DNA of 63,175 nucleotides, counting the filler, from Basidiobolus ranarum (Eukaryota): NCBI GenBank assembly GCA_040143965.1. It is 16 parts of 16 records of this genome, joined end to end, with 100 filler letters (N's around TTAATTAATTAA, not from the genome) between each part and the next. Parts side by side here need not be neighbours in the genome. Positions count along the whole stretch, not along the records: positions 47,514 to 51,357 come from JASJQH010002253.1; positions 51,458 to 55,299 come from JASJQH010002254.1; positions 55,400 to 59,238 come from JASJQH010002255.1; positions 59,339 to 63,175 come from JASJQH010002256.1; 12 more parts are not named here. One strand, given 5' to 3'. The notes under the pieces are model-generated. The model worked only from the letters and a program-made list of their open reading frames with translations, was not told the origin of the DNA and did no database searches. Both the position numbers and the translations under genes were made by a program. Positions 49,447-62,599 of the stretch are shown here, piece by piece (positions within the stretch are counted from its first letter, which is position 1; each line of letters opens with the position of its first letter).

Positions 49447-51357
49447 CCCTAACAAAAATAAACCCAATTTGAACCAGATTGAATTCATCCTCCAAAACAG
49501 CAAAACCATCTGAGAACCATCCAGTGTTGGTGGCTTGCATTTGGCCAGGGATTTTGATGGTGTGATGGTGGTTTCTTGACAGTACTTTGATGGTATTCAT
49601 ACATGTTAAAATATTGATCCTCAAATTTGGCATGCATTATTCAATATCTAGCAATTTTTGTCAATATCTAATTTTGGAATGGCAAATTACTGGGTTTACT
49701 GCTTTAGTAATTTGAATCAATATGCATGCCTTTAGTTAGATCATTTAGACTTTGCATTCCAGCCAAAATGAGAATCAAAATATACTAGAATCTCATTGTG
49801 TTTAGTCACTACATATGCACATACTTTACTAATTAGACCTAACTCAACAGCATCAATATGCTCTACTAGCATACTAATGGTGGAGAAATATCTAAACATC
49901 TAAAATTTTGAATAGCACTGGCACGCGGTAAATAGCTGACTCTTGTTACTCTTTACAATCAGAATAGGCTCTTAGATTTTAGCAAATTTCTGTAAAGAAT
50001 TCAGCCAATATATCCTCAACTTGCAGTCAGCAAATGTCCTGTCACAAGTAGATGTATCATTGGTTGTATATTACCCCATGGCTGAAACAATAATATAGCA
50101 TATCTTGATCTATCTCACCAAGAAGTATATCTTGCAGCTTTCCTGAAAATGCCATTGGATTATCACACAAACAAACTAGTTGGAATTTTAGATGTACTTA
50201 CTCTGTGGCCATGGATTGGGCCTTGGTGCTGCTATTATGCTCAAACAATGCAAAAACCCATGAATACATTGAAAAGAGCCTTTGTTGGAAGGTTAATATA
50301 CTCTGGAGTCTCCTTAACCCATTGCATTAAATCCATCACTGATTTTGCTGATATATTGTTGAACAGATCAGCATACAATAATACTGATGATATCACATAG
50401 AGCAACATTTCACTGCAGGTACCCTCCATTGGGAACTCCCAGAATATACAGCAAGGGCCAATAATCTCTAAGCATTGTGAAAGATGCAAGGGCCTATAAT
50501 CTCAAAGCATTGTAAAAGATGCAGCAGTGAATGTGTTGAATATTGCATAGATTCAGTCTATCTTCTTTAAACTTGAAATAAAGTTTTTCACATCCAATTA
50601 TAAAATCATTACACAGTTGCTGGATCTGCCTGAGATCTGCAACTGTGAGTTGATGCTGTAAGAATATATTTATAATATCCTCAAACAACTCCCAATGTTG
50701 CCAATACTAATCAGGCAGAAATCTTTTCAAAATTCCACTTGAATATATACAAATCCAATACTTCCAGTCTTTGCATTTGAATAAACACCTAGATGAGTGG
50801 ATATTGATGGGAGTCCTGGTAAAATATGATGGTATCTTGATGTTTTCAAGCATTTTCCCAATTGATTCAAACTTTGATCCTATCTTGAATGGCTCATTCA
50901 TATTGAATTTTTCACTATATAGCTGAGTAAGTAGTATTGGAATGTTGTTGAATAGTAAGTGCATGGTGCCTAATGGGAAGCTCTGGCTCCAGCTGATCCC
51001 CTTTAGCAATATAATCTTAGGCTTATGGCTAATACCAAGTTTGATGTTAGACTGACTATTTGGTGAATTGATATCAGTGATCATGTTGAAATCAGACCAG
51101 GCTCTTGACGGTAAAATCTTGAAGTTTAATGTTATATTTGGATAGTAGTATTACATATGCCTGTTAGAGTAAACTCCATTGATTTGACAAAATCTACAGC
51201 AATATAGTGCATTGTGCCCATGAAAACCTCCAGGTTTACTGATGGTAGGAGTGTCACCAATACATACAATGATATTAGCTTTAATAAAATATTCACCCAT
51301 CTGAACCCCATTAGATAACTGTTCAAATTCCGCAATCAAAGGCTCCAAGAAGCTATC
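49447..51357 (-). mobile_element. CACTA-like transposase pseudogene with CCC terminus at 49447
   Basis: GDTPTISKPGGFHGHNALYCCRFC, FPLGTMHLLFNNI, GPCCIFWEFPMEGTC; inserted into the Harbinger-like element. Confidence 0.85.
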
Positions 51358-51457
51358 NNNNNNNNNNNNNNNNNNNNNNNNNNNNNNNNNNNNNNNNNNN
51401 NTTAATTAATTAANNNNNNNNNNNNNNNNNNNNNNNNNNNNNNNNNNNNNNNNNNNN

Positions 51458-52861
51458 TACAAGGAAAGTATACTTAGATGCTGACTTTGCACTAGATGCT
51501 GTTGGTAAGGGCACAGTTGTACTCAATTTAGACCAAAATTTAGCTACAACATTTGCAAAATTGGGTGATGTACTCTATGTAGCAAATAAAGCTAAGATTC
51601 TACTCTCAGTAAGCCAAACAACAACTAAAGGACTAAATTTTGCATTTGGTAATGCTGGATGCACTACCACAGAACAGAATAAGATCAAAGTAGCTATTGG
51701 GATCAAAACTTGAAACTTGCACAAATCATAAATCAGCTAATTGCATTCTGAGCATGCAATCTTGGCCAAAACTGGTGAATTATGCTGTCTAATATAGAAT
51801 AAAAAAGAAGGCCACATTGGGAAACACAAATTAACCCAAATGATCCAATATCAGCTTGTTCCAGGCTTAGAAATTGAAAATAGCAACAAATTGAATCTTT
51901 GTCAAGGCTGCATGTATGGAAAATGTTGAGGATAGCAAGCCTGCATTTACACCAATGGATCTCAAGGTGAAACATGCAGGTATTTGAAAGGTATTGTAGA
52001 ACTACTTCTGGAATACCCTGGCTCTCCTGATGCATATTTTTTTGAAGCAGACAGCAATGCTAACTGGGGAAGAAATGGTGAGAAAGAGGATCAATAACTG
52101 TGTACACTTTTCTCAATGTGAATGAAGCCATAATTTGGAACAGCAAGAAGCAACCAACTGTACCACTTTCCACTACAAAAGCAGAGTATATGGCAGGCTT
52201 TACATTACACAAGAAGCTCTGTGGTCAAGGAACTTACATATCTAGAATACTTGCAAAGACATGCTATTACTGTATATCAACATCATCAATGTTTGATATT
52301 GATATCTATACACTCAACAATTGATGCAGGACAAAGCATAGAAATATTTAGCATCATTTTAATAGAGAAGCAGTAGAGAATTATATGATTGTACTTGTCT
52401 ATTGCGATGCCAGAGAGGTAATGCTAATATCTTGACCAAATCTTTAGCTTAAGCACAATTGGAATTATTAAAATATAAGTATGGGTTAAGAGAAATACAA
52501 AATAATTAGTTGAATAGGAACATTGAAATTGGATAAGTAGCAACACATTATTTGGTAGGTGGTTAATTTGTGTTTGGATTACTTAGCACTCATTTCTGTC
52601 ATTCAAAAGTATGTGTTTATTGCTTGCATTGATAGCAATATGATATAGATCACTTTTCACAATTTTCACAAAACTTCTGAAAATCATCTGAAACTTTCAC
52701 ACATGCTTAGCTGGGATGTTTACTATGATCCAAGTACATCCAATGGTTGTATCTCATTGTAAACTGTAAGTAGAATATATTCAATTAAGTAGAATATAAG
52801 TGTCTAATTTGCAAATCCAAACATGTCACAAACACTCCCCAATACCAAAACATTTTTATTA
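51458..52861 (+). mobile_element. Ty1/copia remnant with 3' LTR family B (52521-52861)
   Basis: WNSKKQPTVPLSTTKAEY; LTR homologous to 16323-16674. Confidence 0.8.
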
Positions 52862-52899
52862 GATTTACCTAATATTGGTAATCTAGCATTTGATCATGT

Positions 52900-55060
52900 T
52901 ACATTGATTTTGCCATCTCTACTATGGACCTATGAGCATGTTCTACAACTCCATTTTGCTATGTAGTATAAGCTCCAGTAGTTTGTTGCTTGATTCCATG
53001 TTTAGAACAAATACTAGCAAAGTATTTAGAGCAGTATTTTCCACCATGATCACTCCTAAGTACCCTAATTTTTTCTGCTGGTTCATTATTTACTTTTGCT
53101 TTATGGTGCTGAAATAGAGTCAAGGCTTCAGGTCATGATTTGAGAAAGAATACCAAAGTACATCTTGTATAGTCAACATTGTAGCTCATATAGTACCTTT
53201 TGCCACATAGTGAGACATTTTTGATGGGCCACACAGGTCAGAAAGCAACAAGTCAGAATTTGGAGTGAATCTGATCTTGCCAGAGCTTGAGAACAGATAT
53301 CTGAAATATTTTCCATATATGCAAGCTTCTCACAGATCTACTTTGCTTTTATTCAATTTTTCTCAGCCTTAAACAACTTGATTTTGGAGCATTTTCAATA
53401 GGTTTTGTTACTCAATGTGGCCTCATCTTCAATGCCATGTTTGACAGCATATGTTGCCAGTTTCTGCCTAGTTTGCTTTATCATAATGCTATTTCCAGAT
53501 TTTGTGCTTGTGTAAGTTTGGGTTCTAATCCCAGTAAGTAATTTGTTGTAATTTGGATTGGTGATAGTATATCCAACCTTGCTGAACATACACACTAGTC
53601 CTTGAGCTGATGTATGATTTACTGAGATTAGATACTAGGCTAGATTTGATCCATAGAGTACATCATTCAATTTTCCAGATGTTGTAGCTAAACTCAGGTT
53701 GGAATTGAGCACAACTGTGCCCTGACCAACTGCAGCTAGTGAATAGTCATTTCATAAGTAGACTTTCTTTGTTTAGAGAGTTTTAAACTGGGAAACCAAT
53801 CTTTCTTATTTGACATATGCTGGGAAGCTCCTGAATCAATATACCACATTTCTGAGTCTTTCCTAGTGTTTACTAATAGCGCAGACACAGATAGATGATC
53901 CCTGATCATGCTTACTTGACTTGCTTGTTCCAATTATGTCTTTTTGGCAAAAATCCATTTTCTGCAAACTGTGATTCAATGGCTTGGCTTCTGGCAATAC
54001 TTGCAGATGATTGATTTTTTTTTAGAAGCACCATTATTGAAGCCAGTTGGACAGTTTACAGCTCCCAAAATGCCTGATTTGCATTACAATGCTGACAATT
54101 TGCTCACATTGATTCATCATTCAAAAGCCAGTGCCCTCTTTTTACATTGTTTATGACTCCAATCTTGTTTCTAGAGCAATTATAAAGTTCCCAAACTAGT
54201 CCTGCAGGCTCCCCAGTAGTGTCATAATAATGTTATCTTGATTTAGAGGTGCTTCAACATATGAGAACTGATCTGCCATTTTTGTTCCAGTTTATTTGAT
54301 TAGCCATGAAATTGCCAGAATTCTTCTGAATTGTGAGCAATTCTTGTCTAAGCCATAGCCTATTAGCCAGACTTTTAGCTTCATATAGTTCCTGAAGTGT
54401 ATCCCAATCAATTTACATGTTTTAGGCTGGGTGTATGTGCCTCAATTGAGAGTCTCTGAGATGCAGACAAGGTGAGTAGAACAGTTTCTTTTGCTTCTTT
54501 GAAAGGTAAGGATAGCTTCTGGTGGTCCCTTTGGCTCAATCTCAACTTCTGTAACAAATCCTCAATGGTCCTTGTCATCTAGCACCATCTGCATCTTGAA
54601 CTGCAAAGTTGAAAGTCTTCACCATCAAGCCTCTCTGTGGATTCAAAAACAATAGTGTAGTTACTGATACACATTGCTCTAGCAGCTGGCTTTTAGATGA
54701 TAACCTGATAAATTATTTTGGGGGATTTCAAATTGTTTTGAGAAGAATTGAATTTGTAAATCAGATGCTGAAATGCTGTTGTATCATATAAATCCTGTTT
54801 ATATTTTACTACAAAATAGAACTAATGGACATACTTAGATCATGTCAGACAGGCCTGTAATGAGTGGGTGAAAGTTTCAGGTGATTTGGAGAAGTTTTGA
54901 GAAAATAATGAAGGTTGGTATAAGTGATCTAATTATTATTTCTCTCAATCAGGGCAATAATCACACATTTGTGAATGGCAGAACCGAGTGCTATATAATT
55001 GCAATACAAATAAACCAATCATTAAACAATGACTTGCTATTTACCTAATTTAAACAATAT
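52900..55060 (-). mobile_element. Ty1/copia gag-protease-integrase remnant and partial LTR family B
   Basis: WYIDSGASQHM (protease), gag zinc-knuckle remnants, SDLCGP (integrase); 54835-55058 is the rc of LTR B. Confidence 0.8.
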
Positions 55061-55165
55061 GTATCCTTCCAAGATGACAACTTGTGATGCTTGCTAAATA
55101 GAATTCTAAGATAGCTTGTACCTTTCAGATCACATATAATATTTACAGCTATTTAATGATATATT

Positions 55166-55299
55166 AGACTTGCTCCATTGGACCAGGTCAAGTTATGCTT
55201 CTCAATCCAGCCTGCTAGTGCACTATCTGGTGCAATATGTCACCTACCATCACTAGGTCCTATAACACTTGATTAGACACTATAAGGAACAATATGCAC
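55166..55299 (+). mobile_element. Left end of the ISL2/Harbinger-like transposon
   Basis: Starts AGACTTGCTCCATTGG; homologous to 18241-18375. Confidence 0.7.
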
Positions 55300-55399
55300 N
55301 NNNNNNNNNNNNNNNNNNNNNNNNNNNNNNNNNNNNNNNNNNNTTAATTAATTAANNNNNNNNNNNNNNNNNNNNNNNNNNNNNNNNNNNNNNNNNNNN

Positions 55400-55934
55400 G
55401 TTGAGAGGCATGCACCATTTGTAAGATATGAGAAGACTTTGGCTGATTTGGCATATGTTGGGCAAGAATGCAGAAGGCTAGGATGTGTCATAGCTAACAA
55501 GAGGCCCAGAGGAGGGATACTCACAGAGATGCAAACTTTATAATGATATTTTTTCCCATTTTAGAGTAAGAGTAGAACAGAGCTTTGGTTTCCTAAAGAG
55601 ATATAGCATTGTAGCCAAAAGTATAGAGGAAGAGCATTTTCTGGGTCTCAATCAAAGTTAGGCAAAGTAGTCAAAATCATGATTAATTCTCAATACATTC
55701 ATTCTCAAATATATCCATTGAGAGTTCCTGACTAAATACAGTATGAAAAAAGCTTTCATCAACATTTCAATGTGCAATCATGTCTAAAAGCACTTTTCCT
55801 AACTATGCCTTATAAGTAAAACTACTGTTTCCAAATGGTAAATAACATTGTGCTGGATAGTGCCCAATCATGCTAATTTGTACTGGCATACTTTTTAGCT
55901 GGCCTGATCTGGCTCAATAACATGGAACAAGTCT
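55400..55934 (+). mobile_element. ISL2/Harbinger-like transposase 3' part and right TIR
   Basis: TLADLAYVG..KRPRGGILT..YNDIFSHFRVRVEQSFGFLKRY; ends TGGAACAAGTCT. Confidence 0.8.
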
Positions 55935-58900
55935 ACTATATACATACACTATTTCCAATAAAGTTTCTCATTTTGCTGCAAAAATTATAACACAAACATT
56001 ACACTAGTTATTCATTAGCATCATATTTATATAGTACATCAACTCAAAGCTCTATTGACAACATCCCTAACTGAATTTGATATTAAGTACTTATAGCACA
56101 TAAGCTGTTCAGGTGGAGTTATTAACTTCCATATAGCTAATTTTGGCACTAACTTTGAGAAATGGCAATGGCATTTGCAAGATGCCTGAAGGCCAACTGT
56201 CCTTAAACACACACTATGTAATAAATTTGCTGTAATATTATCAGTTTTCTGGTGTGAGTGTAGACTTGGGTCAACCACTACTGAAAGCATGCTTTCTTGT
56301 ACCTTTGCAATAGCAAATAGATCATTTTTGGAAGGGTGACCTTGCCAATAGAGTTCATGTAGTTTTATAGTATTTTTGTTAACCCAAAGGTTAAATCTGT
56401 CAAGCTTTATATATACTATGACAACAGATGAAATTGAAGCCAACCTGTCAGGTCTATTTTTGGCCCACTCTTTAAGTTGCCTAAAGAGAGGTTGCACGTC
56501 TCTATAGGGTAGGATATTAGGTTCTTAGTAAAGATTATTATTTAACATGCAAACTAGCATATAGAATGGTGTAAGTGCATGGGAGATATGATTGTGTGAT
56601 GCTCCTGAGTCTACCAAAGCTGTAAAACATGTGTCTTGAATGGGGATGGGTAGTTGCATGATTGGTCAACTACTCTTTGTATCTTTTGTAGGCTAATAAC
56701 CATCATGGTTGTTTGTTCTTGGTAATACCATCTGTTGTCCTGACATGTATTTGAACTGGTAAATCTTGGTTCCCTTTCATTTCTGATTACAGTCACTTGC
56801 CTTAACTCAATAGGAGCTGGTTGGTTATTTCTAGCAGGAGGCTGTAAGTATCTTGTTGAGTGGAATTGTTGGTTTTGATAGTCTGAGTGACTGCTAAACC
56901 AGACCAAATTTTGTATTGTAGCATATTGAATTGCTTCATCCAGATAGCTTTGAAATTAACACATGATGTAAATCCAAGCTCCTCACTTGAGTCATTTGAT
57001 GAACTGGTGTATCTTACTTCCATCATTTATGGTAAATATTTGTCCTTCTATGTCTACAAACTCAAATACACAGGGTAGCACAGTTCCCTTCTGTCTGATG
57101 TTTGCAAGCTAACCATATATAAGTAAAGACAGCAATCTGTTCAATAAATGCAAAACTTTGCATTCAAGTTTTAGATATTAGGTGTCATTCATAAAATATT
57201 TTTGATATTGGAGTGTTATCAAGGTTTTGCTTCAATTAAAATGTTGATTGAAAAGTTGATAGTCATATTGCATTGTCTGTGAAGGATTAGTTTCAAGTTT
57301 TCAAACTCAATACATACTTAATTATATCTATTTTTTGAATATTAGAGACAAGCCAAGATCACATGGATATTCATTGGCTACATGTTTTTGAAGCCTAGTT
57401 TTAGCTTCTTTGATGTTGGTTATTTGTGTTTTCTTGCTATTTGTTTCTGTATTGAATACTAATCCATTACAATCTTTCAAATGATTTTAAATATGCAAAT
57501 GATCAGAAAATTAGTTAAAGATATCAAAGTCAGTAAGTACAGGAAACAATATTGCAAATAATCTTTTATCCTTACTTGAATCAGAGATCATAGGCCTCAC
57601 CTTGGGCATATTTGGCCAAGCATAACTTCCTGTGCATTAGAAGTGTTATATACCATACAAGAAGAGTGTGTATGGGGGTTACATCCCCAAAACTCCCCAC
57701 TTTTTTTTTAGGACTGTATTCCCCATGCACACTGCTTTCTGTTTATATCAAGAGGACTACATCACCCAGACCCCCTCTTTAAATCCTTACCATTTCTATC
57801 CCTTACCAAAATATATATATCATAACCCTAAATTCAATTGCTAAGAGCTTGCACTTTTATAAAGATAACAGCAGAGCATGTGTAGAAGCCTGCCATGTAG
57901 GAATGCATATCTACATGTAGGTTTTCACATAGACAATGTGATTGTGAAGTTAGTTTGAATCATTAGATCTCTAGTGGCAAGTGTGTTGAGTTTTTATTGT
58001 AGTAGCAGCTATTGCTTATTATAGTTATCAAACATTCCTCATGTCAGGTTTCCATACTATGGTAGTTTAAATAGAGTTCAATCTGGGGCCAGGAAGCACA
58101 TAGTGCTTTTGCTTGCTTATCTCCTTGTATTATCAGATACTGTCTTTGTCTTTTCCAACATATTCATATATTCAACAACTTATCTATATTCAATACTTCA
58201 TAGGTGCTGATTGTCTTTAGTATTTTCATTGCTGCCAATTTCCATAGTTGGAAATATTTAAATAACATAGCTTCATCCCCATAAATTTCTTCTTTACTTT
58301 ACTATTTTGCAAAATCCAGACTTCAATGCTGAGTTTCTTCAATATATTGAAATTCCAGACATAGGTAATATATTGCTAGCTTATATTGATCATCATGTAA
58401 GATGCATAGATGTTGCCTATAATGGCTTAGCATCAATCTGTATTATAGTCCAATTAAAAGCTGCATAGTGCTGAGCATCATGTAAGCTCTCTACTACCTC
58501 AAAACTCATGTTTGACATCTGGTTGCTATTGCTCTTGTTGGTTGAATAGGTTGAACATATAATCCATAACAAAAATTTAAAGATTGTTATTGTAGCAAAA
58601 CTATCACAATTTTAATCCATTTGGGATTGACCATTTACTTACCATCATAAAGTCATCAAGTTAGATATGATTTTAATCAATTCTTTCAGTTTCAGGGGTG
58701 AAATTTCAAGATTTTGCAAAATGGTTGCACATGATGGGCTACAATCTCAAAGAACTATGGATCAACACATGTGCAAAAAATGTAACTCAAATTTTACAAA
58801 ATTACCACTTGAATGCTAATTTGTCACCTTCACAATTCCTAGTCTCTTTGATATAATCTCCTGAATATTTTTATAGAGTTCTTCATACCCAAGGTTTAGC

Positions 58901-59338
58901 TCATACCCAACACAAGTTTGTGTCAATATCTTTATCAAAGCCCACCATTGTGTTAATGTTGCTGAATCAACATTCTTCCAGCTATCTGGTGGATACCCTG
59001 GAATAATGGGCCACTCTGTATTAAGTTCTTCCCAGCTATCTGCATGGTCCCAGAGTGAATGTCAAGTTGAATGTTCTTCTTCTGAAGCCACTTTCTGCAT
59101 ACTTGCACTGCATTTTTCCCTTCATACTTTTCACAATACTCCTCAAGCACTTTGACTATTTTTGTATGTCCTTGTAATGTGACACTACTGAGGGTGCTTT
59201 GTGGTGTTTGTGAGGCTTTTGGCTGACCTTTTAATTTGNNNNNNNNNNNNNNNNNNNNNNNNNNNNNNNNNNNNNNNNNNNNTTAATTAATTAANNNNNN
59301 NNNNNNNNNNNNNNNNNNNNNNNNNNNNNNNNNNNNNN

Positions 59339-59403
59339 TTGTAAGTAGGTAAGGCTGCTACGGTAGCGAGGTATAATACAGAAGCAATAAAGGAAGTCTT
59401 CAT
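59339..59403 (-). CDS. 5' end of a tandem paralogue of the Gly-rich secreted protein (truncated by the contig edge)
   Basis: MKTSFIASVLYLATVAALPTY versus MKVTLVASLLYLATVTALPTY of the neighbouring gene. Confidence 0.75.
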
Positions 59404-59835
59404 ATTTGATCTATCGGTATTTATCGAGAATGAATAAAATAGTAGTATAGTGATGTGATGAAGGGAAACAAGATGTCTTATATGTGTCAACCGGGCACTA
59501 TTTTACTGTCTCGAGTAATTTAATTACTTGCCCAGATTATGTGAGTACATTCAGGAGCACATCAAGTAATTTTCTGCGGATACCAATCGAACCCCTCATC
59601 GCAATACCCTGCAGAACAAAACACTAGCAGAAATATTCCTTGGCAGAGAATTTTTTGTATTTTCTATATATCTGCTACTTCAATATTTAGAGCCTGAATC
59701 AGTCAGCAATTGAACATTGTTAATTATATTTGACTGTTCATTCAGTGAAGCTAAGCTTATGATATTTCAGAGAGATTGAAAGATTGAATGTTGTGTTAAA
59801 GTAATCGTTAAATAATTTATTCAAGTGCAATAGTT

Positions 59836-60798
59836 TTATGCTACAAGAGCGATATTAATCTTTCTTTTGTTGAATCTCTTTCTATAATGAACGCTATTGT
59901 CGGTACCGCTGGGTCCATTATGATCATCATGGTCATTTCCTTTGTGACCACCTCCTTTACTGTAGTCACCAGAGTGTTCATTATCTTTATATTCATCATG
60001 CCCTTCAGTATGCTGACCACCATTGCCGCCACCACCACTACCTCCATGCCTCTTGGCACTATCATTATAATCCTCACCCTGTCCACCAGTGCCATAACTA
60101 TCATGACTACTCTTTCCTCCATGTCCACCAGAGCCTGAGCTAGTGTCATAGCTAACTCCTCCACCATTTCCACCATGACCCTCAGATTTGTAGCTTTCTC
60201 CCGCGTTGGAGTCACCACCATGACCACTGCTACCCTCATAATCATCCTCGTCACCTCTATGACTGTAATCATCACCGCCACTACTACCACTACCACCGTT
60301 ATCGTAATCATCCTCATTTCTATCATGTTCTCCAGAATCATAACTATCTCCACTCTTTCCTCCATGTCCACCAAAGCCTGAGCCAGTGTCATAACTAACT
60401 CCTCCACCGTTTCCTCCATGTCCACCGGATCCATAACTGTTATCGCCACCACCACCATTCCCGCCACCCTCGTAATCCCCCTCTTTAGCATGGTTTCCTG
60501 ATCCATAGCTATCATCGCCACCATTGTGTTTGCCACCTACCTCATGGTAATCATCATGATTACCTCCACTACCGTTACCGCCACGAATTCCATAATCACT
60601 TACGTCATAGTTACCACCGTTACCGCCACCGGTATCAGTGTGTTGATAGTCGGATTTGTTACTACCAGAGTGTCCATTATTATAATTTTTGACATCGTGA
60701 CCGCCACTAGCGCTGCTGGTGTGATCACCAATATTGTAAGTAGGTAAAGCTGTTACAGTAGCAAGATAGAGCAAAGAAGCAACAAGAGTAACTTTCAT
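59836..60798 (-). CDS. Secreted Gly/Asp/His/Tyr-rich low-complexity protein (320 aa)
   Basis: Signal peptide ending ALP; GG runs, DDY motifs, internal duplicate GHGGNGGGVSYDT.SG.GGHGGKS; basic C-terminal tail. Confidence 0.85.
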   Translation of the reverse strand: MKVTLVASLLYLATVTALPTYNIGDHTSSASGGHDVKNYNNGHSGSNKSDYQHTDTGGGNGGNYDVSDYGIRGGNGSGGNHDDYHEVGGKHNGGDDSYGSGNHAKEGDYEGGGNGGGGDNSYGSGGHGGNGGGVSYDTGSGFGGHGGKSGDSYDSGEHDRNEDDYDNGGSGSSGGDDYSHRGDEDDYEGSSGHGGDSNAGESYKSEGHGGNGGGVSYDTSSGSGGHGGKSSHDSYGTGGQGEDYNDSAKRHGGSGGGGNGGQHTEGHDEYKDNEHSGDYSKGGGHKGNDHDDHNGPSGTDNSVHYRKRFNKRKINIALVA

Positions 60799-61668
60799 TT
60801 TAGCTGTCAGAGATTAAGCAAACGAATTTGATATCAATTAAGTTGAAGGCGTACCAAGTTTTATAGTTGGCGAATAAAGCGAGGAGATACAAGCAGTTAG
60901 TTACTCTTTTTCGTACATGATTAGGCATACTTATTGTTTCAATCCCTGATCCCCTGCAGTCAGTTTACTACGTGGAATTATTTTAAGTGACAATAAAAAA
61001 TGAATGAATTTCGTTCACTTGAGGCAAGTTTATGCGTGATTCATCAATTTCTCCAACTTTCCATACATACCAATAGGATTGATCTAAAATTAGTAAGTGA
61101 TTATATGTGGACAAGCTCACATTCCTCCATTTCTGGAAACAGTCATTTCTGAGCAGTAATTGCGAATTTGAATTGATTCCCATTACCATTTTAGTCCATT
61201 GACCAGGAATATTCCATTCCGTATTATTGGTTTATTTCTTCTTCCACGTAATGTAGAAATGGCCAATACTCAGTGAATTGTGAATCCTGTTTAGTAGCAT
61301 TTCTCTAGAAATGGTGAAGTCCAAGAACAGACTTAGAGATTTATTGGTCGAGATTCTTTTGTCCCATCATGAAGATCGGGAACCACAGTTAAGGAACCAC
61401 AGTTAAAATGGAATAAACGGTTGGTACCTTTGGACATTTTACATTGGTTAAGCAGATTTCGGAACTTCGCGATTTTAACGGATTGGTTAGTGAAGGTGGT
61501 TAAGGTAAGTTGATTGGAATAAACAATAAAATGACCGTCTCCGATTAGATAGCACTTTAGAGTTTCTCCGATTAGATGGAGCACTTAAACTAATGGTGGA
61601 GTGAGTGGACATTTACAAGTATATAAGCAGCTGGTGTGTGGCTTGAATATCCATCAAATTCTACAGCC

Positions 61669-62151
61669 ATGAACTTCTCCAGTATTCATTTCATCTTTAC
61701 TCTGTTCGTATTCGCCCAGGTGGCTTTCTCATTTGACGCCAATAGACTACTAGGCTTAGTAAACCAAGAGCGTCAAAAGGTTGGTGTCCCGGCCTTATCT
61801 ATTGACCCTAGACTGATGGTGGCCGCTACAAGACACACTCTCTACCAAGCTGCCGTCCAAAGGATGACTCACGACGAGCCCAACAGATCATTAGGACAAA
61901 GAATCAGTGAAACTGGATACCCTTGGAGCAATATTGGCGAAAATGTTGCCGCAGGGTTTGGTGACGAAGTATCAGTAATGAACGCTTGGATGAACTCACC
62001 CGAACATCGCAGTAACATCTTGAATCCAATTTTCACCCAGATCGGTGTCGCATATGACAGTCGCGGTAGTTACTGGACACAGGAGTTCGGAAGACCCATG
62101 GCCTCAAGAAAAAGATCCCCTAAATTCGCAAGAAGCACCAAATATCATTAG
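61669..62151 (+). CDS. Secreted CAP/SCP (PR-1-like) domain protein, YkwD-like type (160 aa)
   Basis: Signal peptide; LVNQER, GENVAAG, AWMNSPEHRSNIL, IGVA, YWTQEFG; intronless; Cys-free. Confidence 0.92.
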   Translation: MNFSSIHFIFTLFVFAQVAFSFDANRLLGLVNQERQKVGVPALSIDPRLMVAATRHTLYQAAVQRMTHDEPNRSLGQRISETGYPWSNIGENVAAGFGDEVSVMNAWMNSPEHRSNILNPIFTQIGVAYDSRGSYWTQEFGRPMASRKRSPKFARSTKYH

Positions 62152-62599
62152 AATATTCATACCTAATACCATACCCAATGCTAATACCCAAGGCAAATAC
62201 CTAACAAACTAGACTAATAAATGCACACCATTATTCAGATCCGAAATTGATTTAAGTTCTACTATAACAATATATTTACTCACTAGAAGTGAGAGATATG
62301 AGCAATGTATCTGCCCACTAATGGAAAGAGATGAAATAACCTATCGTTTTACCATTGTCCCTTCCTTGTCTGCTTTAATCAATGCTATAACTCTAATCAA
62401 TGCTATAAATCAGATAGATAGGGGAAATCAATAAAGGTAGGAACATACATTAATCCAATACCATCATAACCATCTATGTTAAATGTACCTAACAATTTGT
62501 GGATCTGCTTTAGGCAGGATGTACATACGCATCTTGGTGTCCAGTATAAATAGTCAGGAAAATAGCTTTCAGCAATATCAAGTCTTCTATTTATTAAGC

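Noticed and set aside
3872-59338. Regularly spaced TTAATTAATTAA motif every ~3.95 kb, resembling a periodic array
   Set aside because: Artificial linker inside N runs joining size-sorted contigs; adjacency across linkers has no biological meaning, so no cross-contig gene cluster can be claimed
59841-60747. Met/Val- and Ile/Thr-rich ORFs overlapping the Gly-rich gene
   Set aside because: Frame-shifted and antisense shadows of GGT/GAT-rich codons
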